Assembly (NCBI GenBank): GCA_016930115.1 | Contig: JAFGHN010000130.1 | Span: forward strand, 1 to 34,326 | Direction of reading: 5' to 3' | Source: Spirochaetales bacterium | GTDB taxonomy: Bacteria > Spirochaetota > Spirochaetia > ARS1246 | DNA: 34,326 nucleotides | In this document: in pieces, positions 1 to 9,628 of the stretch | Position numbering within the stretch: the stretch's first letter is position 1 | How the letters are laid out: each line of letters starts with the position of its first letter | The notes under the pieces: generated by a model | Told to the model about the DNA's origin: nothing | Database searches by the model: none | Seen by the model: the letters and a program-made list of their open reading frames with translations, nothing else | Program-made: the position numbers and the translations under genes

Positions 1-1
1 G

Positions 2-946
2 GAACAGTGGCTGCTGTGCTCGACAGGGGTGCTCAAAGCCCTGGCGTTCGCCGTGCGTACGCTCACCGAGCCCGGGGACGGAGTCATCCTCCAGCCTCCG
101 GTCTATCATCCGTTTGCTCCTCTCATACGGAACAACCGCCGGGTAGTGGTGGAGAATCCGCTCAAGGAGAGCGAGGGCGAATATTCATTCGATCTCGATC
201 ACCTCGATAAGGTTGCCGAAAAAGCGAAAGTTCTGCTTCTGTGCAATCCCCACAATCCGGTGGGTCGCGTATTCAAACGCGAAGAGCTGCACGGGTTGCT
301 TGAAGTCTGCGCCCGGAGAAGATTGACGGTAATCTCCGATGAGATTCATTCGGACATCATCATGCCGGGGAATGTTCATGTGCCGCTCTATTCACTTGCC
401 GGTTCGTATGACGTCCCGGTGGTGGTCCTGACCGCGCACACCAAGACCTTCAATCTCGCGGGAATACCAATGGCGTGGATTATCGCGCCGGACGATGATG
501 TTCGCCAAAAGTTACAGAACACTCTTGCTGCGGCCCATGACGGTAAGTTCAGCCATTTTGCGGCTGTCGCCGCCGCAGCAGCCTACGGTAGATGCGCGAG
601 TTGGCTTGACGCGCTTATCGCCTACATAGATGCCAACCGTGCCGTATTGAAGGCTGAATTGGAGACCGCAACGGGCATCCGGTTGGCTCCCATGGAGGGA
701 ACCTATCTGGCGTGGATAGATTTTAGAAAGACGGGCATAGATCCGGGGCGCCTGAACGAAACGATGCTCCGCAAAGCGGCTCTCAGGCTCAACGCCGGAG
801 AAATCTTTGGGGTAGGGGGCTCGGGGTTCCAGCGGATGAACCTCGCCACTCCCCGCAGCCGAATTCTTGAAGCATGCGGGAGAATCAGAGAGGTATTCGG
901 CGGCCCGCCTTCTCATCATGGAGCGGGCAGCCTCTCAGTTGAATAA
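2..946 (+). CDS. PatB/MalY-family PLP-dependent C-S lyase (cystathionine beta-lyase-like aminotransferase class I/II). It is 5'-truncated by the window edge.
   Basis: The frame is open from position 2, so the GTG at 29 in the ORF track is not a real start. Motifs seen: TEPGDGVILQPPVYHPF, LLLCNPHNPVGRVF, ISDEIHSD, and a PLP-lysine context HTKTFNLAG. All are typical of MalY/PatB C-S lyases. Confidence 0.85.
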   Translation, partial: EQWLLCSTGVLKALAFAVRTLTEPGDGVILQPPVYHPFAPLIRNNRRVVVENPLKESEGEYSFDLDHLDKVAEKAKVLLLCNPHNPVGRVFKREELHGLLEVCARRRLTVISDEIHSDIIMPGNVHVPLYSLAGSYDVPVVVLTAHTKTFNLAGIPMAWIIAPDDDVRQKLQNTLAAAHDGKFSHFAAVAAAAAYGRCASWLDALIAYIDANRAVLKAELETATGIRLAPMEGTYLAWIDFRKTGIDPGRLNETMLRKAALRLNAGEIFGVGGSGFQRMNLATPRSRILEACGRIREVFGGPPSHHGAGSLSVE

Positions 947-972
947 AACTACCCGAAACTCTATCCTGTGCT

Positions 973-2418
973 ATGCCCAAAGACCCCGGAAAGGCGATCT
1001 ACGCAGGTAAGAAGATTTTTCTCGTCGGCATAAAAGGAACCGGCATGTCGGCCCTTGCGGAGCTCCTCTCGGACCGCGGTGCGGTTGTATCCGGGTCTGA
1101 TACGCCTGAGAAGTTTTATACCGATGAGATCCTCGACCGCCTCGGGATCCGCTACCGCGAGAGTTTTGAAGCCGCCCATATCGACGGGTCTATCGACCTG
1201 GTGGCACATTCGGCGGCGTATTCGCGGGAAACCTGCCCGGAGCTCCTTGCGGCAACCTCTCTCGGCATACCGCTCTATTCGTATCCCCAGATGCTCGGTG
1301 AGCTTTCCCGTGGTTGCGATGCTACGGGAATCGCGGGTGTACACGGGAAATCCACGACCACAGCGCTGACCGGGGCGTTGATCAAGGCGATGGGTTTGCC
1401 GGCTTCGGTCCTCGTGGGCGCCGCGGTGCCGGCTTTCGGCTACCGTTCGACCCTCACGCTTGGAGCAGAGTTTTTTGTGGCGGAGACCTGTGAGTACCGC
1501 AGGCATTTCCTTTCATTTCATCCGGACAGAATTGTCATTACAAATGTCGAGCTTGATCATACCGATTTTTTTTCGGGGACGGAGGATGTGGAGGAGGCGT
1601 TCGTCGCCTACGGGCAACGGCTGCCGCCGGACGGCGAAGTCATCTATTGCGCCGATGACCCCGGCGCTGTCCGCGTCGTGAAGAAGCTTGGAGAGTCGAG
1701 GCCGGGGCTGTCGCTGGTCCCCTACGGCCTTACCGCTACGGGTGAGTTCCGGGTAACCGATGTACACCAGTCGCAGGGAAAGACGGAATTCACCCTGGGC
1801 GCCCTTCCGCCGGGCCTTGCGTTGCGGATACCCGGCCTCCACAACGTGCTCAATGCCGCGGCTGCGGTCGCGGTGATCTTCTCTCTGTTGCGGAAGAAGC
1901 ACGGCGGGGTGGAAGACGCGGCGGCCGGTGTGATAGCCGGCGCTCTTGAAAGTTTTGCCGGCTGCCGACGGCGCAGCGAAATTGTCGGGGAGCGCAACGG
2001 TATCCTGTTCCTCGACGACTACGCCCATCATCCCACGGCGGTGTCAAAGACCATTGCGGGTTACCGTGTCTTTTACCCCGGGCGGAGAATAGTGGTCGAT
2101 TTTATGCCCCACCTCTACTCGCGGACCAAGGATCTGTTTGATGGTTTCGTCGCGGCGTTTGATGACGCGGACGTGGTAATTCTCCACGGTATCTACGCCT
2201 CCGCGCGGGAGAAATCCGGGAAGGTGACCGGCGCCGATCTCTTCAGGGAGGTCAAAAAGCGCCATCCCCGGACATTCTATTTCGAAAAAATAGAAGAAGC
2301 AGAGGGTTTTTGCAGAGAGCTTCTGGCACCCGGCGATGTTTTCATCACCATGGGAGCGGGGGATAACTGGAAACTGGGACGGGCAGTCCTGGAGAATACA
2401 GGAGCGAAAAGTGATTAG
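973..2418 (+). CDS. murC: UDP-N-acetylmuramate--L-alanine ligase
   Basis: 481 aa. The N-terminal Rossmann motif GIKGTGMSALAELLSDRGAVVSGSD and the ATP P-loop GVHGKSTTT are present, with Mur ligase middle and C-terminal domain layout (DDYAHHPT). Confidence 0.95.
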   Translation: MPKDPGKAIYAGKKIFLVGIKGTGMSALAELLSDRGAVVSGSDTPEKFYTDEILDRLGIRYRESFEAAHIDGSIDLVAHSAAYSRETCPELLAATSLGIPLYSYPQMLGELSRGCDATGIAGVHGKSTTTALTGALIKAMGLPASVLVGAAVPAFGYRSTLTLGAEFFVAETCEYRRHFLSFHPDRIVITNVELDHTDFFSGTEDVEEAFVAYGQRLPPDGEVIYCADDPGAVRVVKKLGESRPGLSLVPYGLTATGEFRVTDVHQSQGKTEFTLGALPPGLALRIPGLHNVLNAAAAVAVIFSLLRKKHGGVEDAAAGVIAGALESFAGCRRRSEIVGERNGILFLDDYAHHPTAVSKTIAGYRVFYPGRRIVVDFMPHLYSRTKDLFDGFVAAFDDADVVILHGIYASAREKSGKVTGADLFREVKKRHPRTFYFEKIEEAEGFCRELLAPGDVFITMGAGDNWKLGRAVLENTGAKSD

Positions 2419-2419
2419 C

Positions 2420-3277
2420 ATGACCGGTTTCGGGTATGGCGAGTACCAGGATGACTGCCAGCAGGCGGCCATCGAAATAAAAAGCTACAACAACAAGTAT
2501 CTCGACATACACGTGAATGTGCCGCAGAATCTGGGAAGCCTCGAGCCGCGTTTCAGAGAGTACCTTGCATCCCGGATCCGGCGCGGCAAGGTCGAGCTCA
2601 CCTTGCGGTACCGCCGTCTGGCGAACGAGCTCACTTTCAAAGTTGATACAAGCGCCGTGGTAAGCTTCACGGATGTACTCCGTGAAATTGCTGCTGCTGC
2701 GGGTATCGGGGCGGAGATACAACTCTCCCATATTCTCGCAATGGAAGACCTGGTTCAGTCGAAAAGAGAGATCGATCCTGAAGAGGCGTGGGTCGCCTTG
2801 ATGCCTCTTGTGGAACAGACTTTCGAAAAGTTCATGGATTCCCGCGTCAGCGAAGGTGAAGCAACCGAGAAGAGCATAGCGGCGCACCTCTCGGTGTTTG
2901 CGAATGCGGTACAGGCAATCGGTGAGAGATCGGGAGAACTCGAAACGGCGCTGCAGGAGAATATTCGTAGCCGGTTCGAGACGGTCTTGGGCAACAGGAT
3001 AGATGAGGACCGGGTACTTGCTGAAACAGCGGTGCTGTTGGTAAAGTTCAGCATCGATGAGGAGATAAGCCGTCTGACAAGCCACCTTGAGGCATTCAGG
3101 CAGACAGCTGCGCAGATAGAGCCGGTCGGCAAGAAGCTCGACTTTCTCTGCCAGGAATTGAACCGGGAAATAAACACCGTCGGTTCCAAAAGCACAATTT
3201 ACGAGATCAACCGCCAGGTTGTTGAAGCGAAGGATGCGCTTGAAAAAATCAGGGAACAGCTCCGGAATGTCGAATGA
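2420..3277 (+). CDS. yicC: YicC-family protein (stress-induced; the family is reported as an endoribonuclease)
   Basis: I chose the ATG at 2420 (MTGFGYGE...), 1 nt after the murC stop. The C-terminal signature LDFLCQELNREINTVGSKS matches the YicC/DUF1732 end. Length is 285 aa, against about 290 aa expected. Confidence 0.9.
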   Translation: MTGFGYGEYQDDCQQAAIEIKSYNNKYLDIHVNVPQNLGSLEPRFREYLASRIRRGKVELTLRYRRLANELTFKVDTSAVVSFTDVLREIAAAAGIGAEIQLSHILAMEDLVQSKREIDPEEAWVALMPLVEQTFEKFMDSRVSEGEATEKSIAAHLSVFANAVQAIGERSGELETALQENIRSRFETVLGNRIDEDRVLAETAVLLVKFSIDEEISRLTSHLEAFRQTAAQIEPVGKKLDFLCQELNREINTVGSKSTIYEINRQVVEAKDALEKIREQLRNVE

Positions 3278-3797
3278 TGTGAGAATAGCGATCTCCGGAA
3301 AAAGCGGCTGCGGAAACTCAACCGTGAGCGCCATAGTCGCCGGAAAGCTGGGATTGGCTCTCGTCAATTACACCTTCAAGTCGATAGCCGCAGAGACGGG
3401 AATTCCCTTTGCCGAGGTCTGCAGAAAGGCCGAGGAGGATCCGGGCTACGACTATCAGGTTGACGAAAGACAGGTTGAGCTGGCCAGGGCAAGACCCTGC
3501 GTGCTCGGTTCCCGGCTTGCCGTATGGCTTCTGGAAGACGCGGATGTGAAAGTCTATCTGGAAGCATCACCCGCTGTCCGGGCGGGCAGAATACGGCAAC
3601 GGGAGGGCGGTCACTTTTACGAGATTCTTGAGAAGATGGTGGAGCGGGACGAACGGGACCACGCGAGATATCTGAAACTGTACGGCATTGATATCGACAG
3701 GTACGATTTTGTCGATCTAGTGGTGGATACTGAACGCAAGACTCCTGAGCAAGTCGCCGAAATTATAATCAGCCGGGTACGGGACAGAGCCGGTTGA
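3267..3797 (+). CDS. cmk: Archaeal-type (family 2) cytidylate kinase-like protein with an atypical P-loop
   Basis: The ATG at 3267 overlaps the yicC stop by 11 nt. The protein is 176 aa. Its layout matches short archaeal-type Cmk: P-loop region IAISGKSGCGNST, EEDPGYDYQVDERQ, GSRLAVWLL, ASPAVRAGRIRQREG and YGIDIDRYDFVDLVVDT. Confidence 0.8.
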   Translation: MSNDVRIAISGKSGCGNSTVSAIVAGKLGLALVNYTFKSIAAETGIPFAEVCRKAEEDPGYDYQVDERQVELARARPCVLGSRLAVWLLEDADVKVYLEASPAVRAGRIRQREGGHFYEILEKMVERDERDHARYLKLYGIDIDRYDFVDLVVDTERKTPEQVAEIIISRVRDRAG

Positions 3798-3844
3798 CCG
3801 ACCGCGCAATATCCTTAGAATTATTCAAATACAAGGAGACGAGA

Positions 3845-6800
3845 TTGTACACCCCTGTTGATCCGAAAGTGAGTTTTCCTGAGTTAGAGAAAAGGATACT
3901 CGAGTTCTGGAAGAAATCGGACATATTCAAAAGATCGATTGCCGAGCGGGAAGGAGCCGACGAATTTGTATTCTATGACGGGCCACCCTTCGCCACAGGA
4001 TTGCCTCATTACGGCAATTTTGTTCCCGGGATTATCAAGGACATTATTCCCCGTTTCAAGACCATGCAGGGGATGAAGGTGGAGCGCCGATTCGGTTGGG
4101 ACTGTCACGGGTTGCCTGTGGAATATGAGATGGAAAAGGAGCTCGGTATATCCGGCAAGAAGCAAATAGAAGATTACGGCGTGGCGAAGTTCAACGAGGC
4201 TTGCCGTTCCATCGTTCTCAGATACACACGGGAGTGGGAAACGATCACCACGCGTCTTGGCCGTTGGGTTGATTTCGAGAATGACTACAAGACCATGGAT
4301 GCGGACTATATGGAGTCGATCTGGTGGGTGTTCAGGCAACTGTGGGAGAAGAAACTGATCTACGAAGGGCACTACGTCCTGCCGTACTGCCCGCGGTGCT
4401 CCACTGTTCTTTCCAACCACGAATTGAACCTGGGCGGGTACGAAAACGTACAGGATCCCGCAATTACGGTGAAGTTCAAGCTTGTGGGTGAAGAGAATAC
4501 ATACTTCCTTGCCTGGACCACCACACCCTGGACCCTCCCTTCGAATCTCGCGCTCGCCGTCGGTGAAAACATCGAGTATGTGAAAGTGCAGGACGGCGTA
4601 GAGCGTTACATACTTGCCCGTACACGGCTTGGGCATTACTACAGGGACATCGAGAAGCTCGAGATCGTGGAATCCTTTACGGGAAAGGATCTGGCGGGCT
4701 TGAGATACGAGCCGCTTTTTCCGTATTTTGCGGATCTGTTTGATACCGGCGCCTTCAAGATATTTACGGCAGACTATGTAACCACCGAGGACGGCACCGG
4801 CATTGTTCACACCGCCCCTGGATTCGGTGAAGACGACTATGAAACCCTTCGCGGCACCGGCATCCCGACGGTTTGCCCCGTGGATGCGGAATGCAAATTT
4901 ACCGCTGAGGTATCCGACTACCAGGGCGTCTTTGTCAAAGACGCCGACAAAAGCATCATGGATGCGTTGAAACAGGAAGGCAAGCTCGTCAGAAGGGAGA
5001 GTTACTATCACAGCTACCCCCACTGTTGGCGGTGCAGCTCACCGCTGATCTACCGGGCCGTTTCCTCCTGGTTTGTGAATGTGCAGGCGATAAAAGAAAA
5101 GATGCTCGAGGCCAACGACAGTATTTCGTGGGTGCCGGATCATGTGAAAAAAGGAAGATTCGGCAAATGGATCGAGAATGCCCGCGATTGGGCGATATCG
5201 AGGAACCGTTATTGGGGGAATCCGCTCCCGGTTTGGCGGTGCTCGAGCTGTGGAGAAACCGAGTGTTTCGGGTCGCGAAAGGAGCTTGAGGAACGGTCAG
5301 GTGCCGCCGTCGGCGATCTTCACAAGCATTTCGTGGATGAAATCACCTTTCCCTGTTCCTGCGGCGGGACCATGAAACGCATCAGCGAGGTCCTGGACTG
5401 CTGGTTTGAATCCGGCGCCATGCCCTACGGGCAAAACCACTATCCCTTCGAGCGCAAGGAGCATTTTGAGGCCAACTTTCCGGCCGATTTCATCGCCGAG
5501 GGACTCGATCAGACCCGGGGATGGTTCTATACCCTCACCATACTCGCCGCGGCTCTTTTCAGCAGCCCGGCGTTCAAGCAGGTGGTGGTAAACGGTATCG
5601 TCCTCACCTCGGAAGGGAAAAAAATGTCAAAATCCGCAAAGAATTATACGGACCCTTCCGAAGTAATCGCCGAGTTCGGCGCGGATGCTCTCCGGTTGTT
5701 CCTGATGAACTCCGCGGTGGTAAGAGCGGAAGACTTGAGGTATTCCAACGACGGTGTACGGGAAGTGCTCAAGAATATGCTGATACCCCTCTGGAACGCA
5801 TATAGCTTTTTTGTTACGTACGCCAATATCGATGGTATTGCCCCAACCGCCGCGCCGGTGAGTCCTGACAACCCCCTGGACAGATGGATACTATCGGAGA
5901 CCGAACGCCTTGTAGAGGACGTAACCGTCAATCTCGAATCCTACGATATACAGAAGGCGATACAACCGCTGGAGAATTTCATCGATATCCTCAACAACTG
6001 GTACATCAGAAGGTCCCGCCGGCGTTTCTGGAGATCGGAAAACGATTTGGACAAAGAGCAGGCCTACCAGACACTCTATGCGGTGCTCATGAAGGTCGTG
6101 CGTGTCGCCGCGCCGTTTATCCCTTTTGTTACTGAAGAGATGTACCTCAATCTGAAATCTGAGGACGGAAAGGAATCGGTCCATCTGACGGATTTTCCGG
6201 TGGCGGACAGATCGATGCGTGATCCTGCCCTGGAGTACAAGATGCAGGTTGTTCGTTCGGCGGTTTCCATGGGCAGAGCCCTCAGATCCGTCCATTCGAT
6301 AAAAACGAGACAACCGTTGAAAGCGATTCATCTGGTTACCAGGGACGATAATGAGCGTAAGGTCTTGCGTGAAATGGAAGACATCGTTCGCGATGAGCTG
6401 AACGTGAAAGAGGTGGTCTTCAGGGAGAACGAAGAAGACCTCGTGGAGTTCAGCGTGAAGCCGAACTATCGCGCTCTGGGTAAGGAGCTTGGAAAGGACA
6501 TGAAAGCGGCGGCACAGCGCATCAGCGAGCTTTCAAAGAGCGAAATACTCTCGCTTCTCGAAGGCGCCACCCTTTCGATCGATCTCGGGGATAAGGTGCT
6601 GGAATTGGACGAAGAGCGCGTAATCGTCCAGCGGGAGGAAAAGGAGAACCTTAAGGTATTGAATGAAGGGTCCCTCACTATTGCGCTCGATCCGGAAATA
6701 ACCGCCGAATTGTACGATGAGGGTGTGGTCAGGGACATCGTGCGCAGCGTTCAGAACCTGAGAAAAGACAGAGGACTCGATGTCACCGACAGAATCGTTC

Positions 6801-6967
6801 TGCGATTGCACGGGTCGGATGCCGTCCGTTCGGCTGTGGAAGGGTTTCAGGATCACCTCATGGAAGAGACCCTCGCCACGGTTTGGGAATGGGAACGAAC
6901 TCCCGGCGGCATAGAGATAGAGTGCGGTGATGAGACCTGCGTGGTTGATCTGGAAAAAAAGTCTTAA
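3845..6967 (+). CDS. ileS: Isoleucine--tRNA ligase, type 2 (eukaryote-like)
   Basis: Class I signatures are present: HYGN (HIGH variant, PPFATGLPHYGN) and KMSKS. The CP1 editing domain and zinc-knuckle cysteines (CPRCS, CWRCSS, CSSCG, CSCGG) are also seen. At about 1040 aa with this C-terminal architecture it fits type-2 IleRS. The preferred start is TTG 3845, preceded by AAGGAG at 3833-3838. The ORF track's TTG at 3794 is an in-frame alternative. Confidence 0.95.
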   Translation: MYTPVDPKVSFPELEKRILEFWKKSDIFKRSIAEREGADEFVFYDGPPFATGLPHYGNFVPGIIKDIIPRFKTMQGMKVERRFGWDCHGLPVEYEMEKELGISGKKQIEDYGVAKFNEACRSIVLRYTREWETITTRLGRWVDFENDYKTMDADYMESIWWVFRQLWEKKLIYEGHYVLPYCPRCSTVLSNHELNLGGYENVQDPAITVKFKLVGEENTYFLAWTTTPWTLPSNLALAVGENIEYVKVQDGVERYILARTRLGHYYRDIEKLEIVESFTGKDLAGLRYEPLFPYFADLFDTGAFKIFTADYVTTEDGTGIVHTAPGFGEDDYETLRGTGIPTVCPVDAECKFTAEVSDYQGVFVKDADKSIMDALKQEGKLVRRESYYHSYPHCWRCSSPLIYRAVSSWFVNVQAIKEKMLEANDSISWVPDHVKKGRFGKWIENARDWAISRNRYWGNPLPVWRCSSCGETECFGSRKELEERSGAAVGDLHKHFVDEITFPCSCGGTMKRISEVLDCWFESGAMPYGQNHYPFERKEHFEANFPADFIAEGLDQTRGWFYTLTILAAALFSSPAFKQVVVNGIVLTSEGKKMSKSAKNYTDPSEVIAEFGADALRLFLMNSAVVRAEDLRYSNDGVREVLKNMLIPLWNAYSFFVTYANIDGIAPTAAPVSPDNPLDRWILSETERLVEDVTVNLESYDIQKAIQPLENFIDILNNWYIRRSRRRFWRSENDLDKEQAYQTLYAVLMKVVRVAAPFIPFVTEEMYLNLKSEDGKESVHLTDFPVADRSMRDPALEYKMQVVRSAVSMGRALRSVHSIKTRQPLKAIHLVTRDDNERKVLREMEDIVRDELNVKEVVFRENEEDLVEFSVKPNYRALGKELGKDMKAAAQRISELSKSEILSLLEGATLSIDLGDKVLELDEERVIVQREEKENLKVLNEGSLTIALDPEITAELYDEGVVRDIVRSVQNLRKDRGLDVTDRIVLRLHGSDAVRSAVEGFQDHLMEETLATVWEWERTPGGIEIECGDETCVVDLEKKS

Positions 6968-7850
6968 CCTGGCCTGGATTTCGGCGTCGGTACTGATCCT
7001 GCTGAGCGCGTGTGCAACGATCGGCCGACATGAGACCACAGACCTCGAAATGGCTCTCGTCGCCGCGCTTCCGGCGGAAAGCCCGGTGTATCTGTATGTA
7101 AACCCTCAGCCCGGTATCGGGCTTTTCGAGAAGGTTGCCGAGCTTTCAGACGGCTGGTTTGAAGGTGTTGCGCGCCTGGTGGAAAACGGAGACGGAATAT
7201 ACGCAGCAGTGACTGTCCTTGCTTCTGGCCCGGCGGACTGGACGCTGATCGCTCTGGGGAATTTCCCGGTGGGAGCCTATTCGGCGGCGATGAACCTCGA
7301 TAGGGGATGGAAAAGAGTGAGCGGCGCCGGGAGGCGTTGGATTTCCACGGGCCTGGGTTTTGAAATTGCCTTTCCGTCATCTCAACTGGTTGTCGCCGGT
7401 TCGCGGAACCTGGAAGAAACGGTGGAGCTGTTGCGGAAACGGCCCCTTCCCGCCGGGCCCCCGCCCGGCCGGTTTTATGATCTGATATCACAGGATACCC
7501 GTCGCGGCGTTGTCGCTTATGTCGTCGATGCAGGAGATTTTCTTCCCTTGGGGCTCCCTCCGGGTTTTGTTGCCGGATGCACCGCGACGCTGACCGGTGA
7601 CTTTATCGGTGACAGCCTTGAGGCGGAGATGGTGCTGCGGTTCCCCACCGCCGCGACAGCCAGGGTGTCCGGGCTGGCCATCAGGGCCCTCACTATCGCG
7701 GAGACGAAGAAGGGTGTTTCCGGTATGTTCGCAGACGCCCGTGTCCGGGTGGAGGATGATTCGGTGACCCTGGGGCCGATTCTGATCGAGCCCGGGGATG
7801 TGGCCGGGTATCTTGAGCGCGCGCTTCTGAAGGAGGGGGGGACGAGGTGA
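6930..7850 (+). CDS. Hypothetical lipoprotein
   Basis: The N-terminus MRPAWLIWKKSLNLAWISASVLILLSAC has a basic n-region, a hydrophobic core and an LLSAC lipobox. I recognise no family. Its start overlaps the ileS 3' end and its stop overlaps the hisH start (GTGA). Confidence 0.6.
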   Translation: MRPAWLIWKKSLNLAWISASVLILLSACATIGRHETTDLEMALVAALPAESPVYLYVNPQPGIGLFEKVAELSDGWFEGVARLVENGDGIYAAVTVLASGPADWTLIALGNFPVGAYSAAMNLDRGWKRVSGAGRRWISTGLGFEIAFPSSQLVVAGSRNLEETVELLRKRPLPAGPPPGRFYDLISQDTRRGVVAYVVDAGDFLPLGLPPGFVAGCTATLTGDFIGDSLEAEMVLRFPTAATARVSGLAIRALTIAETKKGVSGMFADARVRVEDDSVTLGPILIEPGDVAGYLERALLKEGGTR

Positions 7851-8452
7851 AAACCGGTATCGTCGACTACAAGGCGGGAAATCTGAGAAGCGTCGAGCTG
7901 GCGCTCAAATATCTCGCCGTCGACTACGTGGTTGCCGACGCCCCGGGTTTGCTCGAAGGGGTGGACAGGCTGATTTTTCCCGGAGTGGGGGAGGCCAATT
8001 CGGCGATGAGAGTCCTTGAGGCAACGGGGTTTGACGCGTACATTCGCGACTTTGCGGCGAGCGGAAAGCCTCTCCTTGGAATCTGTCTCGGGTGCCAGAT
8101 ACTCATGAACGCATCGGATGAGCGGGACACCAGGTGCCTTGGAGTGTTCCCCGGGGAAGTCAGGCGTTTCCCGGCGCGGCCGGGGTTGAAGGTGCCCCAC
8201 ATGGGGTGGAATCAGGTGTACCAGAGGGGACGCCACCCGGTTTTTGAGGGCATCCCCGACGGCGCCTCGTTTTACTTTGTTCATTCTTACTATGTTGAAC
8301 CCGGAGCGGCGGATATAGAAATCGCCTCCACCGATTACGGCGGGTTTTTCACTTCAGGGGTCGCGAGAGACAACGTCGTCGCTTTCCAGTTTCACCCCGA
8401 GAAATCGGGCGAGTTGGGCCTGAAACTCCTTGCGAATTTCTTCAGGCTGTAG
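7847..8452 (+). CDS. hisH: Imidazole glycerol phosphate synthase, glutamine amidotransferase subunit
   Basis: 201 aa. Class I GATase triad context is present: GICLGCQ (Cys) and FQFHPEKS (His/Glu). Also GNLRSV, FPGVG and PHMGWN. Confidence 0.9.
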   Translation: MKTGIVDYKAGNLRSVELALKYLAVDYVVADAPGLLEGVDRLIFPGVGEANSAMRVLEATGFDAYIRDFAASGKPLLGICLGCQILMNASDERDTRCLGVFPGEVRRFPARPGLKVPHMGWNQVYQRGRHPVFEGIPDGASFYFVHSYYVEPGAADIEIASTDYGGFFTSGVARDNVVAFQFHPEKSGELGLKLLANFFRL

Positions 8453-8462
8453 GGGCGGTATC

Positions 8463-9233
8463 ATGCTGCAAAAGAGAGTCATTATCTGCCTCGACGTGAG
8501 AGAGGGCAAAACGACAAAAGGGATAAAATTTAAGGGAAACGTCGATCTGGGTGATCCTGTCGAGATGGCACGGGCTTACTATGAAGACGGTGTGGACGAG
8601 CTCGTTTTTTACGATATCACCGCATCAGCCGAGAAACGAGGAATCATGATCGATGTGGTACGGAGGGTGGCAGAACAGATTTTTATTCCATTTTCCGTCG
8701 GCGGTGGGCTCGGATCTGTTGAGGACATGCGGGAGGTTCTGCTCGCCGGTGCGGAAAAAATAAGCGTCAATACACAGGCGGTGTCCAACCCCGGCATTAT
8801 CGATTCCGGGGCGGCGCTTTTCGGCAACCAGTGCATCGTGCTGGGGATGGATGTCGCCAGGGACGTGTCATCCGCAAGCGGATACCGCGTCTATACTCAT
8901 GGAGGGAGGACGAGGACCCAACTGGACGCGCTTCAATGGGCCAGAGAGGCCGAACAGCGCGGCGCAGGAGAAATCGTTCTCAATTCGATCGATGCGGACG
9001 GAACGAAAGAAGGCTATGAGCTCAACGTTACAAGAATGATATCCGAGGCCGTCGGTATACCGGTAGTAGCGTCAGGCGGGGCTGGGGAACCCGAACACCT
9101 GGCCCGGGTCTTCCGGGAAGGCAACGCTGACGCCGCTCTCATTGCGTCGATGGTGCATTACGGGAAATACACGGTGGCCCAGATCAAGTCCTTTCTTGCG
9201 GCGCGGGGCATCCCCGTGCGCACCACCGTCTGA
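8463..9233 (+). CDS. hisF: Imidazole glycerol phosphate synthase, cyclase subunit
   Basis: ATG at 8463, 256 aa. (beta/alpha)8 HisF motifs are present: [41 protein letters not shown] and VVASGGAG. Confidence 0.9.
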   Translation: MLQKRVIICLDVREGKTTKGIKFKGNVDLGDPVEMARAYYEDGVDELVFYDITASAEKRGIMIDVVRRVAEQIFIPFSVGGGLGSVEDMREVLLAGAEKISVNTQAVSNPGIIDSGAALFGNQCIVLGMDVARDVSSASGYRVYTHGGRTRTQLDALQWAREAEQRGAGEIVLNSIDADGTKEGYELNVTRMISEAVGIPVVASGGAGEPEHLARVFREGNADAALIASMVHYGKYTVAQIKSFLAARGIPVRTTV

Positions 9234-9244
9234 AGCGAAACTAC

Positions 9245-9274
9245 TTGTCTAATGAAAGACGATTTCTGTATTAT
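9245..9274 (+). promoter_or_regulatory. Possible sigma70-type promoter for the zinc-ribbon gene
   Basis: TTGTCT (9245-9250), an 18 nt spacer, then TATTAT (9269-9274). It lies about 35 nt upstream of the ATG at 9308. The -35 element is weak. Confidence 0.25.
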
Positions 9275-9307
9275 ATATCGATCCCCGTCAATTCTGGAGT
9301 ATTGCCG

Positions 9308-9628
9308 ATGCCGACTTACGAATATGAATGCTTGAAATGCAATCACCGGTTTGAGGTTATGCAGAGCATAACCGACGAGCCTCTGCGGGTCTGCCCGGAG
9401 TGCGGTGGAAAGGTCAGGCGTCTGATACACGGTGGCATGGGTATCATTTTCAAGGGAAGCGGGTTTTATTCCACAGACAACCGGAACGGGTCGCGAAAAG
9501 GCGGCGGAGAATCCGGACCTGCTCCCGATAAGGCAGCATCCTCCTCCGGTTCAAGCGCCGCCGGGGATGCTTCCTCCTCATCCGCCGGTCCAAAGAAGGA
9601 TACGGCAAAGCCCAAGGGACGCGCCTGA
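9308..9628 (+). CDS. FmdB-family (CxxC_CxxC_SSSS) zinc-ribbon protein
   Basis: MPTYEYECLKCNHRFEVMQSITDEPLRVCPECGGKVRRLI is the canonical FmdB zinc ribbon. It is followed by a Ser/Gly/Ala-rich disordered tail. GGAG lies upstream of the ATG at 9308. Confidence 0.85.
   Translation: MPTYEYECLKCNHRFEVMQSITDEPLRVCPECGGKVRRLIHGGMGIIFKGSGFYSTDNRNGSRKGGGESGPAPDKAASSSGSSAAGDASSSSAGPKKDTAKPKGRA

Noticed and set aside
2345-3367. A 340 aa minus-strand ORF opposite yicC. Similar long antisense ORFs lie at 3884-5023 (opposite ileS), 7517-8284 (opposite hisH), 12579-13517 (opposite the SLBB gene) and 19051-19713 (opposite pcnB).
   Set aside because: Each lies entirely antisense to a gene with strong family motifs. 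Their translations are Arg/Pro/Gly-rich and low in complexity, with no recognisable motifs. This is typical shadow-ORF behaviour in GC-rich coding DNA.
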